Made by a program: the position numbers and the translations under genes. Shown here piece after piece: positions 46,803-59,762 of a stretch of DNA of 64,000 nucleotides. The notes under the pieces were generated by a model. It was not told the origin of the DNA and did not search any database. It saw nothing but the letters and a program-made list of their open reading frames with translations. Numbering within the stretch: position 1 is the stretch's first letter; each line of letters opens with the position of its first letter. Source of the DNA: Antedon mediterranea (lineage: Eukaryota > Animalia > Echinodermata); NCBI RefSeq assembly GCF_964355755.1, contig NC_092680.1, positions 18,237,045 through 18,301,044 of the forward strand, read 5' to 3'.

Positions 46803-47147
46803 ACAAAAGCAAAACACAATTTTCTCCACCGTCACGGGTGACAAATAATAGACATAAAAAAATAATAATAATGTATTTTTACCTTATTTTGTAGAATAGT
46901 GGATTTGGTCTCTCATTCTGTGATGTAAACAAAGCTGTAAAGTCTACTAACAAAATGCTAAGAATGTGCTGACTTCTATTTCAATGCGAAAAAAACTTAC
47001 AAACTTTAAATAATTTGGGTGATTGTGCAATGATTTCTACGACGAAACATTATGATAGACATAAATTAATATATCTGCGTGTTCGAGTCATTACACGGTT
47101 GCTTTTATAAGAAATACATTTAATTACAAAACACTTACATACTCCAA

Positions 47148-47275
47148 AGCTCTGTCTACACTATATCAAACTTTATGAAACAATGTGATGTGCCCATTAT
47201 GAACATGATGTCATGTAACACATTTGGCAACATCACCCTTTTTTGTCTAACTAGTTTGATAGTGTAGACAGAGCT
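47148..47275. mobile_element. MITE family A copy
   Basis: Both TIRs. Confidence 0.75.
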
Positions 47276-47799
47276 TAAGATAATAAAAAAGAGAGAATCA
47301 ATTTTAAAATAAACAACTGACCAGTAAAGAAAACACAAACTGAGCCAGTTTTCATCTACGAACGAGTGCAGTAATTTTAACCAAGGCAATTTAAACCCGG
47401 ATTAAACAAACTATACAACTGGTACCGGTACTTTTAAAGTAACAATAATAACAATAAAAACTTTCGTTTTAGGCCGAAACAAATAATTTGTTGGTGATAT
47501 CGCATTTTAGTGACACGTTAATGTGACTTATGTAGCAGTGAGGGAATGTACTTAGATGACATGTGTAGGCTAGGCCTATACGCGTTTATAGGGGTGTATA
47601 TTATACACACAAGAGAGTAAAAGCAGGGAGATACACAAATAATTATGTTTATACAGTACCTCCATGGTAAAAGTGTGTGGATGATTTCGAAATGCAAACT
47701 CTTAGTGCAAACTTTAACCTCACATAATTTCCTCATATCACACTTCTTCCCAATGAAATCAAGAAATACGTTGATAGACCTCAGGACATTCGGAATGTA

Positions 47800-48359
47800 C
47801 TTAAGGTAGGGGCGGTATCGAACTTAATCAATCAGCACTATTCGTGACGGCACGAACCTGCGCAGCTGTGGTGTTTCACCAGCTTCAGGCTACTGCTTCT
47901 CCTAATCACTTTATACACCAGCAGCAAATCAAAACACACAGTAGTCCCTATCTTTCGTAACGTGTTTTACTCGTTGGAACATCTGATTCTTGGAGTTGTT
48001 TTTATACGACAGCCTCTCTAATAACATCACCCCTGCAGTTCGGCGGGAGACCTGATCTTATGTGCGGTACAGGTGAACAGGAAAGGTGAAAAGGTAAGCC
48101 AAAGTTTTCGCATAAACCCCGTTTAAGGCATATTTTAACCGACTGCCTCGGTCATCTCAAATATTGTTCACAGTGCCTCTATTATGATGAATTCAATTTT
48201 TAAAAAAGAGTTGCGCGGAATTACATCGCGAGCACATTAATGACACTCACACTTTTCTGCTATGTGCGATTTGTCGATGTTAGTCGTCTGAAAGTGTTTG
48301 AGAGGACCACACGCATGCTGTTTGCTGGATGCTCGCAGTATCATACTCAACAGGTAGGA
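47800..48359 (+). other. Possible promoter / non-coding first exon(s) of a plus-strand gene extending beyond the window
   Basis: CpG-enriched unique sequence with GC box GGGGCGG near 47809 and strong donors AAG/GTAAGC (48094) and CAG/GTAGGA (48354); no ORF. Confidence 0.35.
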
Positions 48360-50779
48360 TTAAATTATTAATTTATGATATTACAGTATAGTTATGCAGT
48401 TACGTCGCTATAGGTCTAATCACTTTTGGATCAAATTTGTAGAACCGGTAACGTTGTTGGTTATTGATAGATAATCTAAAGTAATATTGAAAGGTATAGA
48501 ATCTATTCTCCAAACAAAACACAATTTGCAGAAATAGATGTGTATAAAATGGAAAAATACCGCAGTCTGAATCCTAAAATCATTATACAAAACTAAATAA
48601 ATACAATTCTGTTTTTAGATAATTATAGATCATAGCATTGATGTTTCGTTTTTTTCGTTACATGTTGAGGTTGTTCTAGTCGATGTTGGTGTTTCTAAAC
48701 AGCATGTGAAACATAGTATAGGCAGGAAGATGAAAAAATAAGTTATAATAATTTTTCACCTCCCTGGTATAGGTTAGTAGAAAAAAAAACGACTTACTAA
48801 TTGGCTGTTGTTTTTAAAATTAATTTTTTTGTTCCAATGTTTCGTTTATTATTTATTTTGAACTATTGTTATGGTCACAGTGAATAATTATTATGTGATA
48901 TTAAAATGGCACATTCAACAAAAAGAACGAGAAACAAATCAGTGTATATAGGCCTATATCATAGAAATTAAATGATTAAGTGTGAATAGACAGTGTGTTA
49001 TATGTACTTAAATAAATACCATCTGTAGACTATAATACATGACGTGTTGATTGACAGATTTTAACGGTTTAACTTCATCACGTGATCAGTGAACCGCCTA
49101 TAAACTGTTGATTTAGATCTGCCTTCAGCATTATAGCATGAATGCATGTGTGCGACATAACAGCAGTTCTGTGGTAACATTGTCAAACCAGGTAGTGAAA
49201 TGTCACTCTTACCTGGTCAAACCTACATTCGAACTTGGAATACATTAACCCTCTCTTTAGTCTGGGTTCCAGACGGAGTTTTGTCTTAATATTAGTAAAA
49301 AGATAAATATTTTGGCACATATGGCGTTTCATACGTATACTATTTTATTTTGGATTTTCAGACAAAAAACAAAATAAAAACAAATAAATACAACAAAAGA
49401 CAATGAATACAGACTTGGGGCAAGTCTAACCCTCTCTATACGACGGCTTTCATCCTAATTCATATGCATAACTGACAAATTATTAGTTAGGCCTAGCGAA
49501 GAATTAATTAAAATACGTGTTTTTTACCTTGAAATTTGATATAACGTTGCTAATGATTTTAAATTAGTTTTTGAGTGGAGTTTTGTTTTTGAGTTAGGCT
49601 TATTCCTTCAGTGTCTGATGTATGTCATGTGCAAAATCATAAGTATGGGAAGCAAACAAACGCCAAATCACAATTTAAAAAACATGCACACAAAAAGACC
49701 ACACCAGAGCCACATGAGGCCTACAATAGTGTATGTTTGTACTGTATAATATGTTGATGTGTTTAAGTTATATCAAGTCAATCTAACAACATGATTTTGA
49801 GCTCCCAAAGGGTTTATCTGGCTGCACGCAACACGATCAGTTCCCCGCCCCTTAACAGACACCGCGCGCCGCTGAGAATGTACATAGAACATGGAGGTAT
49901 ATCTTTTTTATACCTCCATGCATAGAACAGTACTGTTGGCATTTGTCGCAGTCAGACATAAGATCAAAAGACTATTACGAGTACCTACCTTGGCAAGGCG
50001 AGCTCAGTGTCCTGTTTAGATTGCCTTGGTTATACGTTATGTGTTTGTGATATGAGTATATTGCCAATTCCATACTGTAGTCTAGTTTATCACTATTAAC
50101 GTCACAGAAAATATACTTAAGCCTATCATTGCATTGTCATGGTCAAAATCAGAAATTAATCATTGACAAATAATAAATTGACAATCAGATTTTCAGTAAA
50201 TGTATTGATTTTTAAATAAAAATAAAAATAGATGACTTTGCTTAAAAAAGAGCACCAAAACTAATCGGATTAAAATACAAAATACGATTTCATTGATGCA
50301 AATTAAATACAATTTAAAAACAAATGTATTATTCATTGTAAATGCTGTCCTAGAACCTACTTTTGTGTTTAAATGATTTTGAGTAATTAAAATTACTGAG
50401 TCCACGTACAGTTGGAATAATCTTATCCATTAAATGAAGTTGCCTTTTTATTTAACAAACCACAAAAGCCATCAATTTATACGTGTATATAGATGCTGAC
50501 AATAAAGGCCGAATGACTATACTATTAATCGTTTCAAGTGTGGAGTTGAGTTGATGATCGGTTAAGAAAGTTGCATGCAGTACCTCAGGTTATTACTTAT
50601 TATATTTTGATGAAATTAATTGGAAAGCAAATCTAACCCATAACTATAGCAGATAGATTTATAAAGTGATGCATCGTATTAAATAAAAATACACATTATA
50701 ATTTTTTTGAAATAACATTAGTTTTTTGCACATCTAGCTTTATAAGCGCATGCGTATAAACCAAGTATACGCTTTCATT

Positions 50780-50897
50780 ATGGCGCGCCAAGCTGTTATT
50801 TATTTAAGCAATAGAGAGATATCTTAGTTTCTAATAGAGATTTAGTTTAAAACTAAGATATCTTTATTTCCGAATAAATAACAGCTTGGCGCGTCAT
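50780..50897. mobile_element. Palindromic MITE-like element of about 118 bp
   Basis: ATGGCGCGCCAAGCTGTTATTTATT / AATAAATAACAGCTTGGCGCGTCAT plus inner AGATATCTTAGTTT / AAACTAAGATATCT. Confidence 0.65.
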
Positions 50898-51890
50898 ACT
50901 TTCAAAATGTCAACTCAAAGTGAATTTGCGTATTGGCGCTTTTAATACATCATGCACAACTGTCTTATAGTGTATTGTATGAAATCATAAAATATGAGCT
51001 AAAAAATTGCTATTGTCCGCTGGCGTCGTCTGTAACTATATGACACAGTAATAAACTGCGTTATTATTAACAACTATTCCAGACTTCGTTGAGGGAATTG
51101 CAATATAATAAGGAATAAAATAAAGGTGAATAAAAAAAGCTGTTCCGAAGTTCCAAGGTATCGAGTTTTACGAAATACCTGTATACCTGTATAATATGAG
51201 AAGTTTGTTGTTTTACACGTTGTTAACTCAAATGCATGGTTTTATGCGATATCGTTGTTATGGTTCGATATTATTGTTGTAGACTTTATATAAAATAATG
51301 GCAATAAAAAAATAGTGTAAAACCAGGACGATTCTTTTATCGGTTGATTGTAGCAAATTGCTAGACTTTTAAGAGAAATAAATCTCAATAAGTATTTTAT
51401 TGCACGTAAAATCTCAGTAATTATGCGCATGCGTAATTGAACACGTGAAATAAGCACCGTAAACACAGGTTTATTATAGGATAGTAAAGTTACCGAGATG
51501 TAAATACCAAGTATTGATAGTTGTAAATCAGATACCAACAATGTAATAGGACACTTCAAACGTTTCTATATTTAAAAACCTATTTATGATTATAAGAATT
51601 AGGGGACAACGATCACAGATGCCACCGTCAATTCATTGCTAAAAAAAATGGTATTAAGACACCATCAAATATAATGGGTATAAGACGATCAAAATACTTC
51701 CGTAAATCAACCGTTTGACGTCATTATCGATAGCTAATTATAGTTTATACATGTTTATTATCGGCAATGCCTTCTTAAATTATTGCGAACAAATTAGCTA
51801 TCAAATCAACCCGTATTTTTTAAAGCTGATTTAGCAGGGAGGCGTAATCTGTAGATGAAATGTTTATTCAGATTTTTTCTACCAATTATA

Positions 51891-52012
51891 AGCCTTGTAT
51901 ACACTATCAAACGTTATGTGATGTGTCCATATATGGACGTGATGATGTCATAACACTACCATATTTGGGCACATCACACTCAAACTAGTTTGAAATATGT
52001 GTAGACATTGCT
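51891..52012. mobile_element. MITE family A copy
   Basis: Diverged TIRs plus core. Confidence 0.7.
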
Positions 52013-53093
52013 TTAGAGAACCAAACCTTTGGGCTCATCATTATAATTGGGGTGGGGGGGGGGGCGATTGTTCAGTCGGGTCCACCCAAACTATGGTCTT
52101 TAATTGGAGGAGTCTTTGATTGGAGGCTCCGGTCCTCTATATTATTTTAAGCCTGGTTTTGATTGTTTGAGACATTCATTCATATCCGTCGAACTGCTAA
52201 TGCTTTAAGATATATATTTCTTTTTTGATTAACCTTTTTTCAATCTTTTCGGCCGCATTGGTCAAAGTCCAGTCTATAGTCTTCTGGGGAAGGATCAAGA
52301 GTTTTATCATAATTAAAGAAATTCATTTAGTTTAGCTTTTTTAATTAAAATGAAATGTTTTCGTATCACTAAGGCACTTAATTACTCATCGAACGTTTTT
52401 ACTTCTATCTGGTTTTTGTGCGGATAGAACAACCGTATATACTACTTTAATCGTGAGTGTTTAATGATGTTACGACGGCCTAATCAAAGCGTTCAGTTCT
52501 AATAATGAACTCAATGTGACCTGTAGAAAACATCGAAGTAGTGCTTCATTTTTATTATAGGCCTGTTTTACAAACTGTTGTAGACACGCTCAGTGGAGGA
52601 TCCAGGTTGAAAAAGGAGGTAGAGGGGAAATGCCTAAAACAAAGTTCTGAATTTATCAAATGTCATTATGAATAAGTAAAGATAACGAACTAGAAACAGT
52701 CAGGTCATGTTTATTGATTATCGCATGCGGGGACATTAGAACGTGTTTTCTTACTCTATTACTCGACGGTGGTTTCATGTCTTTCTTTCCGGATCGTCGC
52801 AAATAATAGAAAGCTCCTATTAGGCCTACTATTACTATCGTATCAATGGCGGATCCAGAGTGGAGAGTGAGGAATCTGCCTTCAAATTTAGTTTATCCTC
52901 ACAATATAGAGACAGAATAAGTCTGTGACACCTATCATCACCTAAAGTTACATAAATAACCACACATTAACTATAGAATTTATAAACATACAGAAGGCTA
53001 ACCAAAGATTTGAAGACAAAAGAAGACATTTTCTACGATGATAGATTTTAGGTCTGGTGGGATTACTTCACGGCTTCCGCTCTGCTTACCGAT

Positions 53094-53248
53094 CGTGGTT
53101 CCCACTAGCGACGCAACGCAAGGACGTAACGCAACGCAAGTGAATTGACCAATCACAAGCGATGGCTTATTCGCTTGTGATTGCTAATTGGTTAAAACGC
53201 TTGCGTTGCGTTTACGTCCTTGCGTTACGTTCTAGTGGGAACCAAGCT
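53094..53248. mobile_element. MITE family B copy
   Basis: TIRs and palindromic body. Confidence 0.8.
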
Positions 53249-54288
53249 TAAGTGGGGTTATATCTTGCAATGTTCTTTCAAAGGTTTATATTTTGCAATA
53301 AACAATACAAAGTTTAAACCCGGAGCTATCATTTAAACATTACATCATTTACCTAATGTTGTAAAGATTTGACGCATTCGTCGTTCCATACTTCTATCAT
53401 CGGTCAGGTGGGAGATGTAAAATAAGTGCACTGACCGCAATGAAACGTTAATTGCACCATGTGTGTGTGACAGGCACTTCTAAAACAAGAAGATGATATA
53501 TAAAAGTAACAACTTCAAGTCTTCCCTGATCTAATAGTGAATGGGGTTAAGACAGCGATCCATGCTATAAATATATCCAATCGGCAATTTGTTTGTCTGT
53601 AATGTTTTGTTTTGTAAGTAAACGACTTTAAGTAACGGAAACATCATCGCACTCGAAGCAACATTATAACGTCACGTTACATCACAAACAAATACTGCAG
53701 TAGATGCTATCAGAAAGAGGGGAGCACTGGTAAATATGAAAGGCGTCGGGGCTTGGGACGTTTTCTGCGGTTGGTATTGTGGTGGACCAAGTCTGTAGTT
53801 TAATTCTGAAGCTTTTCGATGTTTACAAGATAAATTAGTACACGTATGAAACGTGCCAAAATATTTATCTTAACTAATATTAAGTCAAAACTCCGTCTGG
53901 AATCCAGACTGGTGTTGTAGTGGCGATGGTGCTTGGTTTAAAGTTTGGTTCCCACTAGGACGCAAAACGCAATGACAAAAGTAATTTGACCAATCACGTG
54001 CGATGGATTATTTGAACTATTTGTAACTGGTCAACTCGCCCATAATTAATGTTCACAGTATTCCTACTAAAACTAAAACTACAGTCAACCAAATCTATTT
54101 TGATTTTCTAGCTAGAAACAAAAATACTACCGTAGTAGCCTATACCTTCATGAAAAAAAAAAATCATGGTTTCATACTACATTATATTTATTTGTATGTG
54201 TGTTTTAACGGCGGTTGTTAGAGGGAGCAAAATCAAATAAAATCTTAACGAATAATGCATGTAAAATGTTAAAAAACGTGTTGTTATT

Positions 54289-54713
54289 GGTAAATCCCCA
54301 TCCTCCGACCACCACCCCACTCCTCCATTCTGTACGTAGGCCTACATAATACAAACGTGTTGTTTTATTAAAACATATCGGTAAATCCCCATCCTCCGAC
54401 CACCACCCCACTCCTCCCTTCTGTACGTAGGCCTACATAATAAAAACGTGTTGATTTATTAAAACATATCGGTAAATCCCCATCCCCCGACCACCACCAC
54501 ACTCCTCCCTTCTGTACGTAGGCCTACATAATAAAAACGTGTTGATTTATTAAAACATATCGGTAAATCCCCATCCCCCTACCACCACCCCACTCCTCCC
54601 TTCTGTACGTAGGCCTACATAATAAAAACGTGTTGATTTATTAAAACATATCGGTAAATCCCCATCCCCCTACCACCACCCCACTCCTCCCTTCTGTACG
54701 TAGGCCTATATAA
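54289..54713. repeat. 91-bp minisatellite, about 4.6 units, C-rich/G-rich
   Basis: Unit starts GGTAAATCCCCATCC at 54289, 54380, 54471, 54562, 54653. Confidence 0.97.
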
Positions 54714-56386
54714 TGGTAAAATAGCAAATGATATGGAATATTTCGTATTTCGTTCACGTGCCTTACCCACACGTTTTATATCTCTTGTGGTCTTCTCACG
54801 ATTTCTTTATAATTGACACGGTTTGCTTGGTAGGAATCATGGCATTCAAAGGAGGGCTGTGGGAATATTATATTTTATAACACGTCGAATTCTCGATTAT
54901 TATATAGCCAGCGATAGAAAGACGTGTGAAAAAAGGTATGGACAGATTTATGGGAGATTTATCAAATATGCTAGAAAAAAAAAATCATTATGTTATGAGT
55001 TTTGCGGATCGATGTAATGTTGTCGTTTTTGCGAGTATAACTAAACGCGAGCCCTCTGCGACGAAATAGCAATACGTTCTTGTTATAGCTTAAAAGCTTT
55101 TTTTTATTCAAATTGCTGCTTTTAAAATAAATAAATGTACATTTTAGAAATTTCTATGAAAAACGATAACATTACACTGCTTAAGTTAAATGATATGTTC
55201 TACATATTAAATCCAATAATTTATTTAGATTGGGCGTAATTGCAGCGCACTCATTGAACGTCAAATGTGTATCCGCATCGCACATACAAAAACACTTGTA
55301 AAATAATGATGTATATTGTATTACATAAAGCTTTTATATTAGTATTGCTTCGACTTTTAAGATGATATAAATTTAGGTTACATTAAGATGCTTTCATATC
55401 TAGGCCTACTTGAATATTATTTAATTGTAAAATCTCATGGCTTTGATTACAGGTGTACACAGAGACTTTTAATTCCCAAATCCATTACTTTATTCTTGAC
55501 TTGATGTTTTTTTGTTGTTGGATATTATTACACAATTTTCCATTATGTTATATTGACTTTTCTCATGGGTAATATAGAAGATTAGTATTTTTGTAAAATG
55601 AAATATTTTATCTTAATTATATGGTTTTACCTTTAGGTTACACTGAGCTCATATTACCATAGCAATACTTTATTATTTAATATTTTGTAAAATCTATGTT
55701 TTATCTAAATGTATTGAATAGTTTTGCTTCGGGCTATGTATACTCAGGGTGTGTAACATAACACAAGCGGAAATGCTCTTTTACTTAATACACGAGTTAG
55801 CTATTCGTGAAGGGCAAGGACCTATTGTCTCGCCCTAATGGAATCAGTCATTGTAACTGAGTATGCCAGTGTTCCTCTCAAGTATAATCTTAAGCAATTA
55901 AGCTTACATGATAAAAGGCTTCTTTGGTGTTGTATTACTGACGTTACGTCATGTTTTAAACTTGACTTTGAGTTGACAGTAAACATCACTTTTACAAGAC
56001 AAGAGGACAAACGGGGTTTAGACTTCACAATAAAGAGCGGCACGTCGACGTCATAGAAAGAGAGCAGCCGCGTTTTTAAGTGTAATATCTTGTGCAAATC
56101 GTCTCCTGGTACTCGTGGTATTGTGATTTTAGTTCTCTTTAAAATTGTATTTATTTATTATTCGTGTTACCGTAAACATTGCACTGGTAGAAGCATCATA
56201 TTTTTTTGTTATTTTCTTATAAAAAAATAGATACTAAATAGATAAAATTAGGCCTATCGGAGGGTTTTAGTACAATTTTAAAATTAATAATTTTCAAAAT
56301 GAGTTACATTATTTAGCATCAGACATTCTAGTTTACATTCGTAGTTACTACTGAAACTGAAGTAGAATAATTGACATCGTCTCTAA

Positions 56387-57316
56387 AGCTTGGTTCCCAC
56401 TAGAACGTAACGCAAGGACGTAAACGCAACGCAAGCGTTTTAACCAATGACAAGCGAAGTTATAGACAGACAGCAATCACAAGCGAATAAGCCATCGCTT
56501 GTGATTGGTCAATTCACTTGAGTTGCTATACGTCCTTGCGTTGCGTCGCTAGTGGGAACCACGCTTAAGGCGTGGTTCCCACTAGGACGTAACGCAAGGA
56601 CGTAAACGCAACGCAATCGTTTTAACCAATGACAAGCGAAGTTATAGACAGTTAGCAATCACAAGCGAATAAGCCATCGCTTGTGATTGGTCAATTCACT
56701 TGCGTTGCGTTACGTCCTTGCGTTGCGTCGCTAGTGGGAACCACGCTTTTAGCGTGGTTGTCACTTATAGCATGCAGCGACGTATCGACGCCGAAGTGTG
56801 CTGTATTGCGTAATCACAATCGGGACCCGAATACGCAACAGTGCTGTAAACATCACGTAGGCGGGGGAAAACACAATTATTAGAAGGGCATTTTCTTACG
56901 TTGCGTAGATTGCGTCGCTAGTGGTAACCAAGCTTAAAGCGTGGTCCCCACTATCACGCAACGCAACCAGCGACGTATCGACACAAAACGCAACAAAATT
57001 GCAGGTTTTATTTCACGCAGGCGGGGGCAAACAACATTATTGGAAGGGCATTTTTTACGCTGTGCGTAGGTTGCGTCGGTAGTTGGAACCAAGCTTTAAG
57101 CTTGGTTCCCACTAGCGACGGAACGTAACGCAACCTACGCAACGTAAGAAAATGCCCTTCCGGTAATTGTGTTTGCCCTCGCCTGCATGAAATCAAATAT
57201 GCGATATTTGTAGCATTGTTTCGTCATCGGTTCCCACTTGTGATTACGCAATACAGCACTTTGCATCAAAACGTCGCTGCGTTGCGTTACGTTGCGTCGC
57301 TAGTGTGAACCACGAT
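56387..57316. mobile_element. Stack of five Harbinger-like MITEs
   Basis: Elements 56387-56565, 56569-56747, 56751-56934, 56938-57095, 57099-57316, each separated by 3 nt. Confidence 0.85.
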
Positions 57317-59619
57317 TTAGATAACAATGAACGTTTAAATGTAATGGGTTTTAATATTGTCCACATTTGAAAAGCAATATGGAACCACGTTTATGTTTAT
57401 TTTAGTGATTACCGTAATTACTCGTTCACCACCAAACAAACTCAATTGCCATTAGGTCTAATTAAAAAATGCAATCACACCAATTATAACAATAAACAAA
57501 CGATACACAATGAAAGTCAATATTAAGATAATGCATTACTGTTAGCATAAATTGCAACATTGACCTTCGAGTTAAATATTCTAAAAGCAAATAGCATCGC
57601 TATCTATTTTCCCTCGAAGGAAAAAATCGTTATTCCTCTAGCGAACAATTGATGAGCAGAATATTAACAATTTCTAACATTGGCGATTTCTACATTTGAA
57701 ATAGGTCTACAGCAGTATATACAGCGTGGAAAAAATCAAGGTCAAAATAGAATTTATAATACGGCAGTAGTATTGTCTTTGCTACATATATTTTCCATTA
57801 AATACATGTTAACATTTCATATCATACAAAAAGATTATTCATGCATTGCAAAATCTAGAAAATCCACGTCACTAGTAAATTTCACTGTAGAAGTTAGGAA
57901 ACATTCTATTGGCACACTAGTTTATTATGTTTTAAGGCCGATACCTGCTGCAAATATCTTTGATGGCAGTTGAAATTATTCAGTGTACCAAATATATTCT
58001 TATTCTTTTAAATAGTCGCTATTTCTTTCTCCGATCTTACTGTACGTCTCGTGTTATCGCTCCAAGTCTCTCTCCCCACCGCTCTCAATCTTTGTCTTTC
58101 CCTCTCTCTCAATCTTTGTCTTTCCTTCTCTCTCTCAATCTTTGTCTCCTTCGTTAGAATCTTCTATCAATGACGATAACTTATGTTTTCTACTAATGTC
58201 TAAGTTTTGAAATAGTCCCTTCCATCTCTCTCCCATGTCTGTATACACAATGGTCAATTGAATTACCTGTTCAACTCTTCAACATTTTAGTGATTGACAC
58301 TATTTACACACATCAGGTTTTTATGTACATCCAATTCTTCAGCTGTCACTAGATAGTATCTAACTTACTAGTGAAAGTCAGGTAGATACAAGTCTAGGTG
58401 TTATCTCTGTCAGTACCTTCTTTTTGCAGACAAGATATAACGTGAATGTATTTTGCAGCAACGGTGTCTGCAGACAAGGATATTTTAAGAATGTTAGTTG
58501 GTCAGCTCACTCATTCTGCATTTGTTCCAGTGCATGTAAAGCATACACTGATCTCAATATGTCCAAACCATGTCAATCTAACCATGGCAGAATTTTCCCG
58601 AGAAAACTTATAATTAACGATATTGATGTTGTACTATTGGCCTACTGTATTAACTGTTTCATCTTTATAAAAATACAGTTTTCATTTTGGTTGAGTAGGC
58701 CCACTGTACGTACGGTATGTAATAAAAATATGTCAGATAACGTTTGTATTGTACCTAATTACGCCATTTAATGTATCGGCCATTTTCATATCACAGACTA
58801 TACTGATAACGACAGCCACATAATTGATTTTTTTCTTGTAAAATACAGTGTCTATATTTTATATTGAATTTTACGCACACCAATCAATATTGCTGTTTTA
58901 ATATATTTTATATATTGTTCTATATATCTGTCACTCTGACGGAACAACGCTAAATGAATCGAAGCATTTCTATTAAATTTTACTGCTAAATTGATACTCA
59001 ATATTTCTATACGTGCTTATCTACTTTTTAATTTGTCTAACGTTCATAATACAAAAAAACAACCATTTGTTCACCATCACATTATACCTAGAAGAAATGT
59101 ACAAATGTGTCTCGTTGCCATAGTAACCCACGTTTCTAATGATTTAGTACAGCTCATCTATCATAGGTTAAAGTAACTTATGGTGTAGTGTGTTATACAT
59201 CACTCTCATCGGATGACCTACGGGAATTAAACCTTGCCGCAGCCCAGATAGGGGTTCAATTGTATACATAAACATGTGGTTACACGCGCGCGTAGTCGAG
59301 TTTCATTTGCATAATTTGGATAAGTGAAAATGACTCTTTAATGTTTCATTAAATACATAAGTACTACTGGCTCCAGTACAAAAGTTAAGTGTCATTCTAT
59401 GAACCAGCTTATCAAAAAGGTTAAACATGCGAAAAGAGGAAACAATTACTTTTCAAAATGTGGGTATTTGTAAGCCACAAAGCCACAAGATGCGTACAAA
59501 CGTTGGTAGTAGGTAGTTTTAGCGGATGACGTAAACATTCTACTCATTTACATATTACTCGTGTAGGTAGAGTATCCCGTATTTATTCTGAACGTAGAGG
59601 AATGTTAATAGCCTGTGAT

Positions 59620-59762
59620 GATAGTGGCAGTTCCTTTCCACACCTTTACCTCCAAAGTATTCTTCAACCAGGAACTCATTTACAGTGGGTAGGACCTGCT
59701 TATATCGGGAATTAAACCCGGGTCTTTCTGTATGATAGTCAAGTTTACACTCAGCTACCACA
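59620..59762 (-). mobile_element. SINE family B, degenerate
   Basis: ctgtaaatgagttcctggttgaa...gtggaaaggaactg on minus. Confidence 0.55.

Noticed and set aside
55822-56097. Overlapping 72-aa and 91-aa ORFs
   Set aside because: No homology recognised and no exon boundaries
58424-58771. 115-aa ORF, and RLTWFGHI (RTE-like) on the opposite strand
   Set aside because: Non-ATG start, no domain; the RTE-like match is too short to support
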